DNA of 64,000 nt from the NCBI GenBank assembly GCA_965601925.1, contig OZ271854.1, positions 1,888,001 to 1,952,000 on the forward strand. Direction: 5' to 3'. Positions within the stretch are counted from its first letter, which is position 1. Each line of letters starts with the position of its first letter. Positions 49,056 through 59,887 of this stretch are shown here, piece after piece. The position numbers were made by a program, and so were the translations under genes. The notes under the pieces were generated by a model that saw nothing but the letters and a program-made list of their open reading frames with translations, was not told the DNA's origin and did no database searches. The stretch comes from Alkalispirochaeta sp. (GTDB lineage: Bacteria > Spirochaetota > Spirochaetia > DSM-27196 > Alkalispirochaetaceae).

Positions 49056-50129
49056 ATGAAGCGAGGAATCGTAAGGAAAGCCGCATTGTTCGCAACGATG
49101 GCGGCGTTCGGTGTCGTCGTCGTCGCGTGTGCCACCTCCTCCGGGAGCGCCGCGGCGAGCGGGAGCGGATCGTCCGGCGATCTACCGGAGTGGTACCTCG
49201 ATCCGCAGAGCGTCTATCCGGACGAGATCTATCTGGTTGCGATCGGCACCGGCGATACGCGACGCGACGCAGAGCAACAGGCGCTCGCGGGCCTCTCGCA
49301 GATTTTCGAAGCGCGCATTAACGTCGACGCCCGCACGAGCGAGCGCTATCGTGAGCTCATGAGCGCTCAGGGGAACGTCACGGAAAGTGAGATTCGCCTG
49401 GCGCAAGATATCGATGTGCGCAGCAATCAGACGCTGCTTAACGTACAGTTCGGCGAGGCGGCGGTGGACGAGGCGGCGCGCGTGCACGTTATCGCCTATC
49501 TTGAACGTCTCCCGACGGCGCGCGTGTACGTCGATTTGATCGAAACCAACGGTCGACAAGTCGAGAGCTTTCTCACCCAAGCCGACACGAGCGACGAGTT
49601 GGTTCGCGAATACGCATACGTCAGCGCCGCTGCGGTGGTGTCCGCGAGCAACGCCGTCTTGCAAGACCAGTTGCGCATCATCTCCCCCGGATTCAGCGAG
49701 ATAGCGCAACTGCCGTACGATCCCGACGCGGTTCTCCGCCGTCGTGCCGATGTAGCGTCGCAGATGCGCGTTTCGGTCGATGTTGCGGGGGACCAAAACG
49801 GGCGTATCGCGAGTCTCGTCCGCGAGGCGTTGAGCGAAGAGCGTCTACCGGTAGGAGCCGACAATCCGGTGCTTGTCGTGACCGGCCGGGTCGGTATCGA
49901 GCCCGCTCAGACGAGCGCCGATTTCGAATCGGTGAGATGGACGCTCACCCTCGGTATGGCCGACAGAGCCGGACGCACACTCGTGACATACGACGACCAG
50001 AGTCGTGCGTCGGGTATCTCTCAAGAGGCCGCGACGGCCTTTGCCTATCGGGATATGGAAGAGGCCGTTGAGCGCGAGTTCGTTGCGGCGATGCGCGCGT
50101 ACTTCGATGGGCTCGTCCTAGGAGACTAA
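49056..50129 (+). CDS. LPP20-family lipoprotein
   Basis: Lipobox VVAC; LPEWY..YLVAIGTG..AEQQALAGLSQIF. Confidence 0.75.
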   Translation: MKRGIVRKAALFATMAAFGVVVVACATSSGSAAASGSGSSGDLPEWYLDPQSVYPDEIYLVAIGTGDTRRDAEQQALAGLSQIFEARINVDARTSERYRELMSAQGNVTESEIRLAQDIDVRSNQTLLNVQFGEAAVDEAARVHVIAYLERLPTARVYVDLIETNGRQVESFLTQADTSDELVREYAYVSAAAVVSASNAVLQDQLRIISPGFSEIAQLPYDPDAVLRRRADVASQMRVSVDVAGDQNGRIASLVREALSEERLPVGADNPVLVVTGRVGIEPAQTSADFESVRWTLTLGMADRAGRTLVTYDDQSRASGISQEAATAFAYRDMEEAVEREFVAAMRAYFDGLVLGD

Positions 50130-50140
50130 CGACCGATTCA

Positions 50141-50163
50141 GCCGCCGCGTTTCCTGCGGCGGC
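50141..50163. terminator. GC hairpin between convergent genes
   Basis: GCCGCCGC-N7-GCGGCGGC; no long U-tract. Confidence 0.5.
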
Positions 50164-50172
50164 CGTGCGCCG

Positions 50173-51603
50173 CTACCCCCACCGCATGTCGAAAAACTCG
50201 ATGAAGAGGTCGAACAGTATCGGGTCCACTTTCAGCTTCTGTTCGATGAATTGTTCGCGCATTAAGCTGATGGCTCCGTCGGGAGATAGCGGTGAACGAT
50301 ACTTCCGATTAGGATCGGTCAACGAGTCGTATACGTCGACGATCTCGAGCATTTTGGCTGGAAAGTACGCTATGACCTGATAGTCGATAAGCGGTTCCAT
50401 GGTGTAGGACATGACGTAGTTCTGCGTCGCCGCCGGGTTGGCCTCTTTGTACGCTTGAAGAAACTCTCGAAAGTATCCGTATCCGCTTGGATCACCGTAG
50501 TACTCGTGGTGATACCCGGTGATAAGGGCCGCTTCGCGCGGGTAGGCGGTCTTATCCATGACCGCGCGATACCCGATTTTCACATGACGCTCGACGGTCT
50601 CACGGTCGAAAGCTGCGTCACCCTCGTGATATTCGATGTCCTCCGCCTTTCCGACGTCGTGGACGAGGAAGCCGGTGGCGAACTTGTTGATTTCCACCTC
50701 GCTGAGCGCCTTCATGCCGCCGAGAAATACGTGCTCGAGGCTGAGGTAGTCATCGTGCAGGTGCCATAACAGTTCGCGGTAGCGGTGTTTGTAGTCCCTA
50801 TCGAACCGTATGCGGATGAGGTTCGCAATGCCGCGCGTCATGACTTGGCGGTTGTAGAAGAGCAAAAATTCAAGCCCGCTCAAGAAAACGCGCGTCATAT
50901 GTTGAACGACCGTGCCGTTCGACTTTTCCACGACCGATCGCACCAGCTCGTCGTCGTAGATATCCGAATCCACAAGGCGCATCGTGGACTTCACCATTTG
51001 ACGCGTTTCCACGACGAGCTCGCGGGTGTACGCCCGCGCTTGATCGTTTCCCAGGCGCAGCGCCTCAAGGAGGGTGGCGCGGTTGATCATCGTCGCATCC
51101 TGCGTCGCCGCGACGAGCGTCTCCGCAAGCTCCTCTTTTTCCACACTCCGTCGGCGGGCGAGCTCGTTGAGCCGGCTGGTCGTCCCGTGGAGCAGGCTCA
51201 TGCGCTCGTCCTGGGACATTTCGCTGTACGCGAGATACGTATCGCCGAAGTTACTGACACGCTCGGCGTCTTCAGCCAGCGGTTCAACCTCTACCGGCTC
51301 CTCCGGCGACGGTTCATTCGTCGGGGCAGACGGCGCGGCAGCGCCGGAAGACGACTGACGCAACTGCTCCACTCGCTCACGGATAGCTTGGGCCAACCCG
51401 CTGTCCAGGAAGTACGTCCACGCCTCCTGGTGCTCCCAAAAGCGGGCGTTGTTTTGGTGGAGCGCCCGTATCGGCACGGCTTTGATTTTTCCCGTACTGC
51501 GGCTTTTACAGATTACCGTCTGTCGGTCGGCGAGGAGCATGCGTAACGCCATGGGGTGTTCGCGAATGAAGGTATCGAGCCGCACAACTTTTTTCTTCGA
51601 CAC
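50173..51603 (-). CDS. HD-GYP-like phosphohydrolase
   Basis: HMTRV, LVHDVGK, HVKIG, HHEYYGDPSGYG, IVDVYDSL, RKYR. Start approximate. Confidence 0.8.
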   Translation of the reverse strand: MSKKKVVRLDTFIREHPMALRMLLADRQTVICKSRSTGKIKAVPIRALHQNNARFWEHQEAWTYFLDSGLAQAIRERVEQLRQSSSGAAAPSAPTNEPSPEEPVEVEPLAEDAERVSNFGDTYLAYSEMSQDERMSLLHGTTSRLNELARRRSVEKEELAETLVAATQDATMINRATLLEALRLGNDQARAYTRELVVETRQMVKSTMRLVDSDIYDDELVRSVVEKSNGTVVQHMTRVFLSGLEFLLFYNRQVMTRGIANLIRIRFDRDYKHRYRELLWHLHDDYLSLEHVFLGGMKALSEVEINKFATGFLVHDVGKAEDIEYHEGDAAFDRETVERHVKIGYRAVMDKTAYPREAALITGYHHEYYGDPSGYGYFREFLQAYKEANPAATQNYVMSYTMEPLIDYQVIAYFPAKMLEIVDVYDSLTDPNRKYRSPLSPDGAISLMREQFIEQKLKVDPILFDLFIEFFDMRWG

Positions 51604-51682
51604 TCGTCGAAAGACTAAACCAGGATATCCCGCGGTGCAACCATCTCGAATAAGGGAACGATCCGTGCAAGAATGGATACGC

Positions 51683-54406
51683 ATGGCCGACTCTTCAACC
51701 TTCGATATCGTGGACGCCTGGTATGAGCGAGGCGACACCTTGCTCGTGTTTCCATCAGAGGTGAGCGCCGCGGGGTGGCGCCGCGCGTTGGTTGAATCTC
51801 CCCGGCGGCGCGCGATTCGCTCCGACCGAGTGATCTCATGGGATGTCTTCAAGGAGCGCGCCGTGCCGGTCAAGCGCGGCCAACGCCCCGCCTCGCGGTT
51901 GGTCCGGCTCGCCTTTGCTCGCCTTCTCCTCGACGAGAATCGACGTTCGACATTTCTCTCTACCCTCGTCGAGCCCACCTTCGCCGAGTCCGGCGGCGCA
52001 TCGGCGTCGGCGATTGCGCGCATGATGCCCCAGATTCCCTTTCTTCTGCGCCATCGCGATTCCCTCCGGCGCGAACTCACCGCCGACTTGGACCACATCG
52101 CCGGGCGATACGATACCTTTCTCGCTCACCACGGTTTTTTCGAGCCGGCCTGGGAGCTTGCTCGTAGCGTCGCGCTCGACCACATCGGATGGCGTCCGAT
52201 AATCATGTGGAGCGAATTGTTGGAGGACTACGCCGAGTACGAGGCCCTGTTGGCGGACGCCGTGGAGACCGTATCGCTCCGATCGTCCGACCGGGCTGCG
52301 CAACGGGAGCTGCCCGTTGTGCGGTATCGGAGCAGCCGGGAGGAGATCGTCGCCGCCTTTGACGAGATGGAGCGCGCGCTCGACGCCGGGACGCCGATCA
52401 ACCGAATCGTCGCCACCGTCGCCGATCTGGAAGAGTTGCGGCCCTGGATCGAGGCGGAGGCGGCGCGACGCGCCGTTCCGCTGCGATTTGCCGTGGGGGA
52501 TACCCTTGCCGCCCAGCCGGGAGGACGCGTCTTCGACGGTATAGAGGAGGCGCTTGCCGGCGATCTGGGCGTTATTCCCGTATCGACGCTCCTGGGAGAC
52601 CGCAGCGTTCCCTGGAAGCACCACGACGTGAATACTCTTCTCGTCCGTTTCGGATACCTGGCGCACTGCTACAACGCGCCACGGTGGGATGAGGCGTTCG
52701 ACGCCGCCGAAGAGCTCGCCTCCGACGACGGTACGCGGCGTGGTGATCGGGCCGAACTCTTTCTCACGCTCCCGCAGCTACGACTTCTGCGCACACGGTG
52801 GCGGACCTTTGAGCGAGACGCCCGATCGATCTCCTCGGCTCAATCGGCGGCGAGTCTGCGTCGAGCGCTCAGACGGTTTCTCGACCATCATATCGAGGGA
52901 TCCGGCCACCCCGGATGGACGGATTACCGCGTAGGGGTCGAACGAGTCTACGAGACGGCGATTACCGAGCTTGCCTCCATCGTTTCGCTGGAGGAGTACG
53001 GAGTGCGAATCGTGCGTCCCTGGACGTTTTTTCTCGATGCACTGCGACAGCGGCGGTATGTTGCCAAGCAGGACGGCGGAGCGGTGACGATATACCCCTA
53101 TCGCGTCGCCGCCGGTATACCCTCGGACCTACATTGCGTGATCGGGCTCTCTCATACCGCGACGCGCGTGCGTACCGCGCCGCCGATCGGTTTTCGGCGC
53201 AACGAGTTGCAACGCATAGGTTGGAGCGGTCGTGATCGGTCGTTGCCGTTCTTACGCGCCTACGCCGCACTTCTTCCCGGTTCGCGCTTGAGTTGTGCCG
53301 ACGCCGGGCCGACCGGTGCCTCCGTTCCCGCCGCCGACTTAACGCCCACAAGCGACCGTCCCTTGCCGGTACCGACGAGTGCATGGGAGCGGGAGCGTGC
53401 GTGGTGGCGCGAGGAGGCGAGTTCGCGCCCCGACTCGCTATACCGCCCCCAGCGCGCGGGACTCGTTCGCGCTCTCGACACGACCCTCCGTCCGGTGCGT
53501 ACCGATTTCCGCACGGCGCCCGTCACCGACGGAGCCGTCCGTTCGGCCCTATCGCCGCCCGAGACGCTCTCGCCGGGCTCGATCGATCGTTATCTCGCGT
53601 GTCCGTTCAGTTTTCTCGTGCGCGATGTGCTGCGCGTGCGTCGCGACGAGTACGGTTTTGCGCCCGACGGCAATCGTCGACTCGGTACCATTCTGCACGC
53701 CGTGCTTGCGACGTTGAGCGGCTATCCTCCCGCAGACCGGGGGATGCGCGTCACGGAGGCCTTGGTTCATGAGTTCGATACTCCTGCCTCCCGCCTGTTT
53801 CTCTTTCCGGCCGGAAAGCGCGCCCGCATCGAGTATCTGAGCCGCGCGATTCACACCTTATTGGAAGACCCGCTGTTCGCCTCGCCGGAGGGCGGCTCGG
53901 AGGTCACGCTCTCGGTCTCGATCAATGAGGTAGCGCTCAAAGGGTTTGCCGACCGTATCGTGGGTCCGATCGACTCGGACGGCGAGAGTGGCGCTACCAT
54001 TATCGACTACAAGCTTTCGCTTCGCGAACAACACTCGCGGGCGGGTGCATTCGGCGTCGACGGAACCGATCCCCTTGCATGCCGAACACTCCAACTACCG
54101 CTGTACGCCCTGATGACCGAACGGCAGTTCGGTGTGCACGTCGAGCGGCTGGTATACGTCGATCTCAAGAAGGCGGGCATACGCATCATTGCGGACGAAC
54201 GGGCCGACGGGCGGCGATGGCAAGCGCGACGGGGATTCGAGATGTACGCCGAGCTCGCCTCTCGCCTGCCCGCCTTTCTCGACGAGACGGCCCGCTCAGT
54301 TCGTGAGGGGCGTTTTATGTGTCGCGAGGAGCCGGACTGCGGGCGGTGCGGTATTCGCAGCATCTGTCGGAGCTGCTTCGTCACTAAGAGGTACGGCGAT
54401 GGCTGA
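51683..54406 (+). CDS. addB: AddB-like PD-(D/E)XK nuclease subunit
   Basis: LSPGSIDRYLACPF, GFADRI, IIDYK, QLPLY and a C-terminal Cys cluster (Fe-S). Confidence 0.8.
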   Translation: MADSSTFDIVDAWYERGDTLLVFPSEVSAAGWRRALVESPRRRAIRSDRVISWDVFKERAVPVKRGQRPASRLVRLAFARLLLDENRRSTFLSTLVEPTFAESGGASASAIARMMPQIPFLLRHRDSLRRELTADLDHIAGRYDTFLAHHGFFEPAWELARSVALDHIGWRPIIMWSELLEDYAEYEALLADAVETVSLRSSDRAAQRELPVVRYRSSREEIVAAFDEMERALDAGTPINRIVATVADLEELRPWIEAEAARRAVPLRFAVGDTLAAQPGGRVFDGIEEALAGDLGVIPVSTLLGDRSVPWKHHDVNTLLVRFGYLAHCYNAPRWDEAFDAAEELASDDGTRRGDRAELFLTLPQLRLLRTRWRTFERDARSISSAQSAASLRRALRRFLDHHIEGSGHPGWTDYRVGVERVYETAITELASIVSLEEYGVRIVRPWTFFLDALRQRRYVAKQDGGAVTIYPYRVAAGIPSDLHCVIGLSHTATRVRTAPPIGFRRNELQRIGWSGRDRSLPFLRAYAALLPGSRLSCADAGPTGASVPAADLTPTSDRPLPVPTSAWERERAWWREEASSRPDSLYRPQRAGLVRALDTTLRPVRTDFRTAPVTDGAVRSALSPPETLSPGSIDRYLACPFSFLVRDVLRVRRDEYGFAPDGNRRLGTILHAVLATLSGYPPADRGMRVTEALVHEFDTPASRLFLFPAGKRARIEYLSRAIHTLLEDPLFASPEGGSEVTLSVSINEVALKGFADRIVGPIDSDGESGATIIDYKLSLREQHSRAGAFGVDGTDPLACRTLQLPLYALMTERQFGVHVERLVYVDLKKAGIRIIADERADGRRWQARRGFEMYAELASRLPAFLDETARSVREGRFMCREEPDCGRCGIRSICRSCFVTKRYGDG

Positions 54407-57400
54407 CGGGGTAGTGCGGCTCGATGCGCACCAGCAGCGGGCTGTGCGCGTTCGCGATAACGTCGTCGTCTCCGCCGGCGCCGGGAGCGGCAAGACGCGA
54501 GTTCTGACGGAACGCTATGTAGCACTCGTCACAGCCGGCGTGGACGTCTCGCGGATTCTCACGCTTACCTTTACCCGCAAGGCCGCGGCCGAGATGTTCC
54601 AGCGGATCTATCGTCGCCTGCGCGACGAGGTAGCGCATTCGGCCGCGATCGAGGCGCAGCTCGACCACTTCGACGACGCGCAAATTTCGACCCTCGATAG
54701 CTTTTGCGCGGGCGTGTTGCGCGACGGGGCCGCGCGATTCGGACTCCCGCCGACGGTCGAGACCGACGAGGCGGCGCTGGAACGGGACGGACAGCGTATC
54801 GCCCTCGGCCTGATCCGGGCCCACGGCGATCATCCCGTGTTGGGCGGCTACGTCAGGCAGTACGGCCTCGGCGGAACGCTCACCAATCTCCTGTTGCCTC
54901 TCGCGCGATCCGTCCTCCGCATCTCCTCACCCATCGATTTCGACGTTCTGGCGAACCGGCAAGAACAGTGGCTCCACGGACGACGAGACGATCTGGAGCG
55001 ACGAATCGATCGTGTGGCGGGGCGCATCGTCGCCGACGAGACCGGCGGCGTGGGAGTCGGGCGCGTGCGCGAGGCCGTCGGTCATCACATCGGGCGGTAC
55101 GGCGAACTATACGAGGTTCTTTCGGAGCTGCCGCGTCGATTCGGCAGCGGCGAAGGTGCGGCGGCATTCAAGGAGGCGTTGAATCAACTGCTCGAGAAGG
55201 TCGGCTCGCGTCGCCGCGGGCTTCTCGCCGACTGGAGCGCCCTCACCGAGACACAGGAGCGGATCGATGAGATCAGGAGCCTCTACGAGGTGTTGACGCC
55301 GTTTCAGGAAGAGATTATCGCGACTCGGCGCACACGGGGTGTGGTGAGCCATCAGGAGGTCATGGAGCTCGCCGTGGCGGCTCTCCGAGACGACCACGAG
55401 CTTCGCAGCCTCTATAAGGAGCGCTTTCGATACATCATGATCGATGAGTTCCAAGACAATAACGCGACGCAACGCGACCTCCTATTTCTCCTCGCCGAGG
55501 AGCCGAGTCGATGCCGCGCCGGCGTGCCCGCGCCCGAGGCGCTCCGGCGAGACAAGCTCTTTTTCGTCGGGGATCAAAAACAGTCGATTTACCGTTTCCG
55601 CGGCGCCGACGTCTCGGTGTTCCGATCTTTGGCGCGCGAAGTTGCGCACTCCCTCGACGGTGGAGAGGGGGGGCTTATCAGTCTCGACACCAACTACCGA
55701 TCCGAGCCGACGCTCATTCGCTTTTTCAACTCCCTGTTCGCCCGCGTATTCGGCGAGGCCGCCGCGGAGTACGACGCGGAGTTCGAGCCGCTGAACCATC
55801 GCGCCGCCGACCCGGCCGTGCAGACCGACATCGTCCTCGCGTGGGTGCCTGCGGCAAACGACAAAGAGGAGCGTGCGGTCGACGGGCACACATCGGATGG
55901 GGAGGTGCTTGCGGAGGGGGTGTATGCCGAGGCGGCGTGGATTGCCGGGGAGATCAGCCGGCTCGTAGAGATCGAGCGGACCCACCGTTACGATGAGATC
56001 GCCATTCTTTTTCGCACCGGTTCGGATCAGCAAAAGTTGGAACGTATGCTGAGACGCGACGGCGTACCGTACCGGAGTCAGGTGGTGCGCTCCCTCTTTA
56101 CCGAGTCACCGGCGAGTGATCTATATGCACTCTTGCAGCTGGTCTACTATCCCGACGACCGCGAGGCATTGGCCGCCTACCTGCGCTCGCCGTTCGTGAT
56201 GCTCTCCGACGGCGGCCTCGTGCTCGTCCTCTCCCACAGCGGTACTTCGCCGCTCGAACCGCCGGCGGGTCTGGACCAAGGCGATCGGCGTAAGCTTACG
56301 GCGGCCGCCGAGTTGTACCGTGCGGTACGACTCCGGATCGACCGCGATGCGCTCTACGAGGTGATTCGGTACGTGTGGGAGGACGGTGGGTATCGGTATG
56401 CGCTCCTGCACCGCACGAGCGATCATTCGTATCTCGAGCACTACGATTACCTGTTCGCCTTGGCACTGCGGTACCGCGATCGTCCGGCGATAGAGTTCGT
56501 GGACTTCCTGCGGGGACAGATCGGGCTCACCGAGAAGGTCGACGAACTGGAGCTCCCGCCGGAAGACGGTGCGGTACAACTGATGACGATTCATAAGTCA
56601 AAAGGGTTGGAGTTCCCCGTGGTGTTCGTCACCGGTATGGACAGCGGGACGCGGCCGCGCATGGATCTCATCTGGATGGATGAACAGCTGGGACTCACCG
56701 TGCGCCTTCCCGATCCCGCGCCGGGTGAGCGTCTGTCCAACGTGTTCGAGGACTACGCCGCCGAGGAGGAGACGCGACGCGACCTCGCCGAGTTGCGACG
56801 TCTGCTCTACGTGGCGGCGACGAGAGCCGAACAGCGCCTCTACTTCACCGCCGCCGTTCGCAGAGGTCACCGCGGCGCCTCGCTCCTCGATCTGGTAGGC
56901 GAGGCGACCGGGTTCGATCCCGAAGCCGGAGTGATCGACGCCGCATTCGCGGAGATGGTTCGCCTGGAGATGATCGCCCCCATCACCGAGCGGGCCGTTC
57001 GCGAGCACCGTATTCCTCAGACCGCACGGAGAGACGTCCGCGAAGCGCGCGCGCTTCTCGATGCGGCGCACGAAGTGAGCCGGGAGGCGCGCGAAGTCGA
57101 GTTTACGCCCACGGGAATCAACGAGTTGCTGGTACGCTCGGACGGGTCGCCCGTGAGTGATGAGCTTTTTGACGAGGCCGCGCTACGCTCCTCCGCCGGA
57201 GACGACGGGCGTGAGGCGGCCGCCCTGGGAACGCTGACGCATCTGCTCTTGGAACACCTCGTCGCCGGCGAACCGCTTTCGCGTGATCAGTGGCTTGCCG
57301 ATCCCACGTGGGCCACCCGGATTTACGGCCCGGTCGATGACGCCGGGCACGGATCCACGGCGGCGATCCTTGAGGAGAGCTGGAATCTCGCGCAGCGATT

Positions 57401-57764
57401 TCTCTCCTCCGAGCTGTATCGTCGCCTTTCCGGGGGCGTGGTACATACCGAGTATCCCTTCGTTCTCGCTTTGGGAGAGCCCGCGGTATACGTCTCGGGG
57501 ACTATGGATTTGGTAGTCGAGACCGATGACGCGGTATGGGTCGTGGACTACAAAACCGACCGTCTGCTCGACGCCTCTCATTACGCCGGCCAGATGAGTA
57601 TCTATCGGTCCGCCGCCGGCGAGCTCTTCGCAAAGCCGGTCGAGCTCCGTATCTTCGGCCTTCGCGACGGGACGGTCGCCGAGGTGCCGGACAGATTGGG
57701 CGACATTCTATCGCTACTGCAGCTTCCGCAGAATCGGGCGAGTAGTGTAGGCTCACAGCAGTGA
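54399..57764 (+). CDS. addA: AddA-like UvrD helicase/nuclease
   Basis: AGAGSGKT, TFTRKAA, DEFQD, VGDQKQSIYRFRGA, TIHKSKGLEF, YVAATRA, GTMDL..VDYKT. Confidence 0.9.
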   Translation: MADGVVRLDAHQQRAVRVRDNVVVSAGAGSGKTRVLTERYVALVTAGVDVSRILTLTFTRKAAAEMFQRIYRRLRDEVAHSAAIEAQLDHFDDAQISTLDSFCAGVLRDGAARFGLPPTVETDEAALERDGQRIALGLIRAHGDHPVLGGYVRQYGLGGTLTNLLLPLARSVLRISSPIDFDVLANRQEQWLHGRRDDLERRIDRVAGRIVADETGGVGVGRVREAVGHHIGRYGELYEVLSELPRRFGSGEGAAAFKEALNQLLEKVGSRRRGLLADWSALTETQERIDEIRSLYEVLTPFQEEIIATRRTRGVVSHQEVMELAVAALRDDHELRSLYKERFRYIMIDEFQDNNATQRDLLFLLAEEPSRCRAGVPAPEALRRDKLFFVGDQKQSIYRFRGADVSVFRSLAREVAHSLDGGEGGLISLDTNYRSEPTLIRFFNSLFARVFGEAAAEYDAEFEPLNHRAADPAVQTDIVLAWVPAANDKEERAVDGHTSDGEVLAEGVYAEAAWIAGEISRLVEIERTHRYDEIAILFRTGSDQQKLERMLRRDGVPYRSQVVRSLFTESPASDLYALLQLVYYPDDREALAAYLRSPFVMLSDGGLVLVLSHSGTSPLEPPAGLDQGDRRKLTAAAELYRAVRLRIDRDALYEVIRYVWEDGGYRYALLHRTSDHSYLEHYDYLFALALRYRDRPAIEFVDFLRGQIGLTEKVDELELPPEDGAVQLMTIHKSKGLEFPVVFVTGMDSGTRPRMDLIWMDEQLGLTVRLPDPAPGERLSNVFEDYAAEEETRRDLAELRRLLYVAATRAEQRLYFTAAVRRGHRGASLLDLVGEATGFDPEAGVIDAAFAEMVRLEMIAPITERAVREHRIPQTARRDVREARALLDAAHEVSREAREVEFTPTGINELLVRSDGSPVSDELFDEAALRSSAGDDGREAAALGTLTHLLLEHLVAGEPLSRDQWLADPTWATRIYGPVDDAGHGSTAAILEESWNLAQRFLSSELYRRLSGGVVHTEYPFVLALGEPAVYVSGTMDLVVETDDAVWVVDYKTDRLLDASHYAGQMSIYRSAAGELFAKPVELRIFGLRDGTVAEVPDRLGDILSLLQLPQNRASSVGSQQ

Positions 57765-58702
57765 GTTTGGATGCGCTGAAAGATGGCCTTACGTCGGTCA
57801 TCCGGGGAAAAGGCGAGGTCATCGAGCTGTTCCTCGCCGCTATTCTCGCCCGAGGGCACGTACTGATCGAAGATCTTCCCGGAACCGGAAAGACGAGCCT
57901 CGCCCGGGCGATCGCGCGCCTCATCGGAGGCGACGGCGAAGAGTTGGTCTATCGACGGATTCAGTTTACCCCCGATCTTCTTCCGTACGACATCACCGGG
58001 GTAGAGGTCTACGACCCGGCGCGGCGGAGGTTTTTCTTTGCCCCCGGACCGGTGTTTGCCCACGTGCTCCTCGCCGACGAGATCAACCGCGCCACTCCCA
58101 AGGTTCAGTCGGCCTTGCTCGAGGTGATGAATGAGACCCAGGTAACCGTCGGGGGTGTAACGTATCCACTGGCACCTTTTTTTCTCGTCGTGGCGACCGA
58201 GAATCCGGTCTCCATGGAGGGAACGTATCCGCTCCCTCTGGCGCAGCTCGATCGATTCGTCATGCGCATCTCCTTGGGATATCCCGACGGGGAGTCTGAA
58301 CGCGAAATTCTCGACACCGATCCGGGGCGGCGCGTCTTGCCGGAGCTCTCTCCCGCGATCTCCGTCACCGAGTTGATTGCGATGCGGGAAGCGGCGCGTT
58401 CCGTCTTTTGCCACCCCGATCTCAAAGACTCCGTCGTCGCCCTCGCTGCCGCTACCCGAGCCGACCGGCGGTTGCGCTACGGCGTCTCTCCTCGCGGATC
58501 GTTGCACCTCTTAGACGCGATGCGCGCACTGGCATATTTGCGGGGACGGGACTACGTGAGCGACCGCGAGCTTGACGACCTTGCCGTGCCGGTCTTGGCC
58601 CATAGAGTTCGCACCGTCGAGGGTGAACCGTCGGCGATACCGATTGTGAGAGAGCGCGCGGAGGAAGTACTGGCCGCGATGCGGGAGGCCGACGGTGTAT
58701 GA
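57761..58702 (+). CDS. moxR: MoxR family AAA+ ATPase
   Basis: EDLPGTGKT, RIQFTPDLLP, DEINRA, EGTYPLP, LDRF. Confidence 0.93.
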   Translation: MSLDALKDGLTSVIRGKGEVIELFLAAILARGHVLIEDLPGTGKTSLARAIARLIGGDGEELVYRRIQFTPDLLPYDITGVEVYDPARRRFFFAPGPVFAHVLLADEINRATPKVQSALLEVMNETQVTVGGVTYPLAPFFLVVATENPVSMEGTYPLPLAQLDRFVMRISLGYPDGESEREILDTDPGRRVLPELSPAISVTELIAMREAARSVFCHPDLKDSVVALAAATRADRRLRYGVSPRGSLHLLDAMRALAYLRGRDYVSDRELDDLAVPVLAHRVRTVEGEPSAIPIVRERAEEVLAAMREADGV

Positions 58703-59887
58703 GATCACGTTACGCTCTGCGATGCGGCCTACCGCTAACGGCATTGCTTTTTTTTTGCCGCCTCGGCGACGCTGATTCCGGGCCTCCTCAGGCGCGAGCC
58801 CGTGTCTCTCTTGGTGGGAACCGGGCTCGCTCTCGCCCTCGCGACGGCTTGTGCGGTGGGCGTCGTGCGTCGCGTTCGATTCGCCCGCGCGATCGTACGG
58901 CTCGAGCTGCCACGAGGCGTGTTATCGCCCGGCGAGACCGCGTTGCTGCCGTTTGCGGTGCACGCTCGCTCGGCACGCCTGCCGGCCGCGCGTGTGCGTT
59001 TGACCCTCGTCTCCGGGATACGACGCCTTTCAATCGAACTCGGATTGCCCGCCGGAGCGGCCGACGGGAGGTCGATTCGTACACCCGATGTGATACGAGG
59101 GCTGTATCGGCCCGCGACATTCGTGATGCGGTTTGCCGACATCTTCGGCCTGGTGGAAACGCGCATCGCGGGAACCGTTCCAACGGAGGGAAACGGCGCG
59201 GTAATGCGCGTCCTCCCCTACACAAGAGCGGTGTCCACGAGGTTCGAAAGCCGGGGCCTGGGTGCTCTACAACGCGATTCGTTCTTGTCACACCGTCGTA
59301 ACGACGACCACACGGAGATTCGTCCCTACCACCCCGGCGACGACATGCGGCGAATCAACTGGCGCATGTACGCTCACACCGGCGATCTGTTTGTCCGCGT
59401 CGGCGAGGAGGTACCTCCGCCGGCAAACGCGATACGTCTCCTTATCGATCCGCGGGGGCTTGCGCATCCCGAGGCGATCGATGTTCTTGTCGCGTGCGCC
59501 CTCGGCATGGCTGACGAACTCGTCCGGCGCGATTATGCTGTAACGGTGAGTCTTCACGATATCGGTGACGCGTTGCGACTCCTCGGCGATCCCGCGCGTG
59601 CGCGCTACGTGCTATCGGGCCTCGACCCCGAGCGTGGATTACTCCCCATGAGTTTCGGCCCGTCCTCGCGGGAGCGTACGCACGGCACACGGGGAGGCGA
59701 CGATGAGTACGCCGAGCCTTCGGTGCCCTCGGTACTCCCATTTTCGAGCGCCAGGGAGCTCATCGTCGCGAGCTCGCTGTCTCCTGCGTCGCCGTCGAGG
59801 TATGGAGCATCGGCGATACTGGCGTGGTATCGTACCGATGTGTCCACGGGGGAGGCGGATGTTCACCATCTCGGCGCGCTCGACTGA
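58695..59887 (+). CDS. DUF58 protein, frameshifted at a T9 tract (58748-58756)
   Basis: EIRPYHPGDDMRRINWR is in one frame. The natural N-terminus (SD + GTG..MRPTANGIAFF) is in another; one extra T joins them. Confidence 0.75.

Noticed and set aside
51604..52098. Overlapping extensions of the HD-GYP and AddB ORFs
   Set aside because: Divergent genes with better internal starts; the extensions are GC-driven open frames.
51683..57764. Helicase-nuclease pair as an anti-phage system
   Set aside because: Order, motifs and Fe-S cysteines fit housekeeping AddAB repair.
58699..59301. 200-aa Arg-rich ORF after moxR
   Set aside because: Off-frame shadow of the DUF58 gene.
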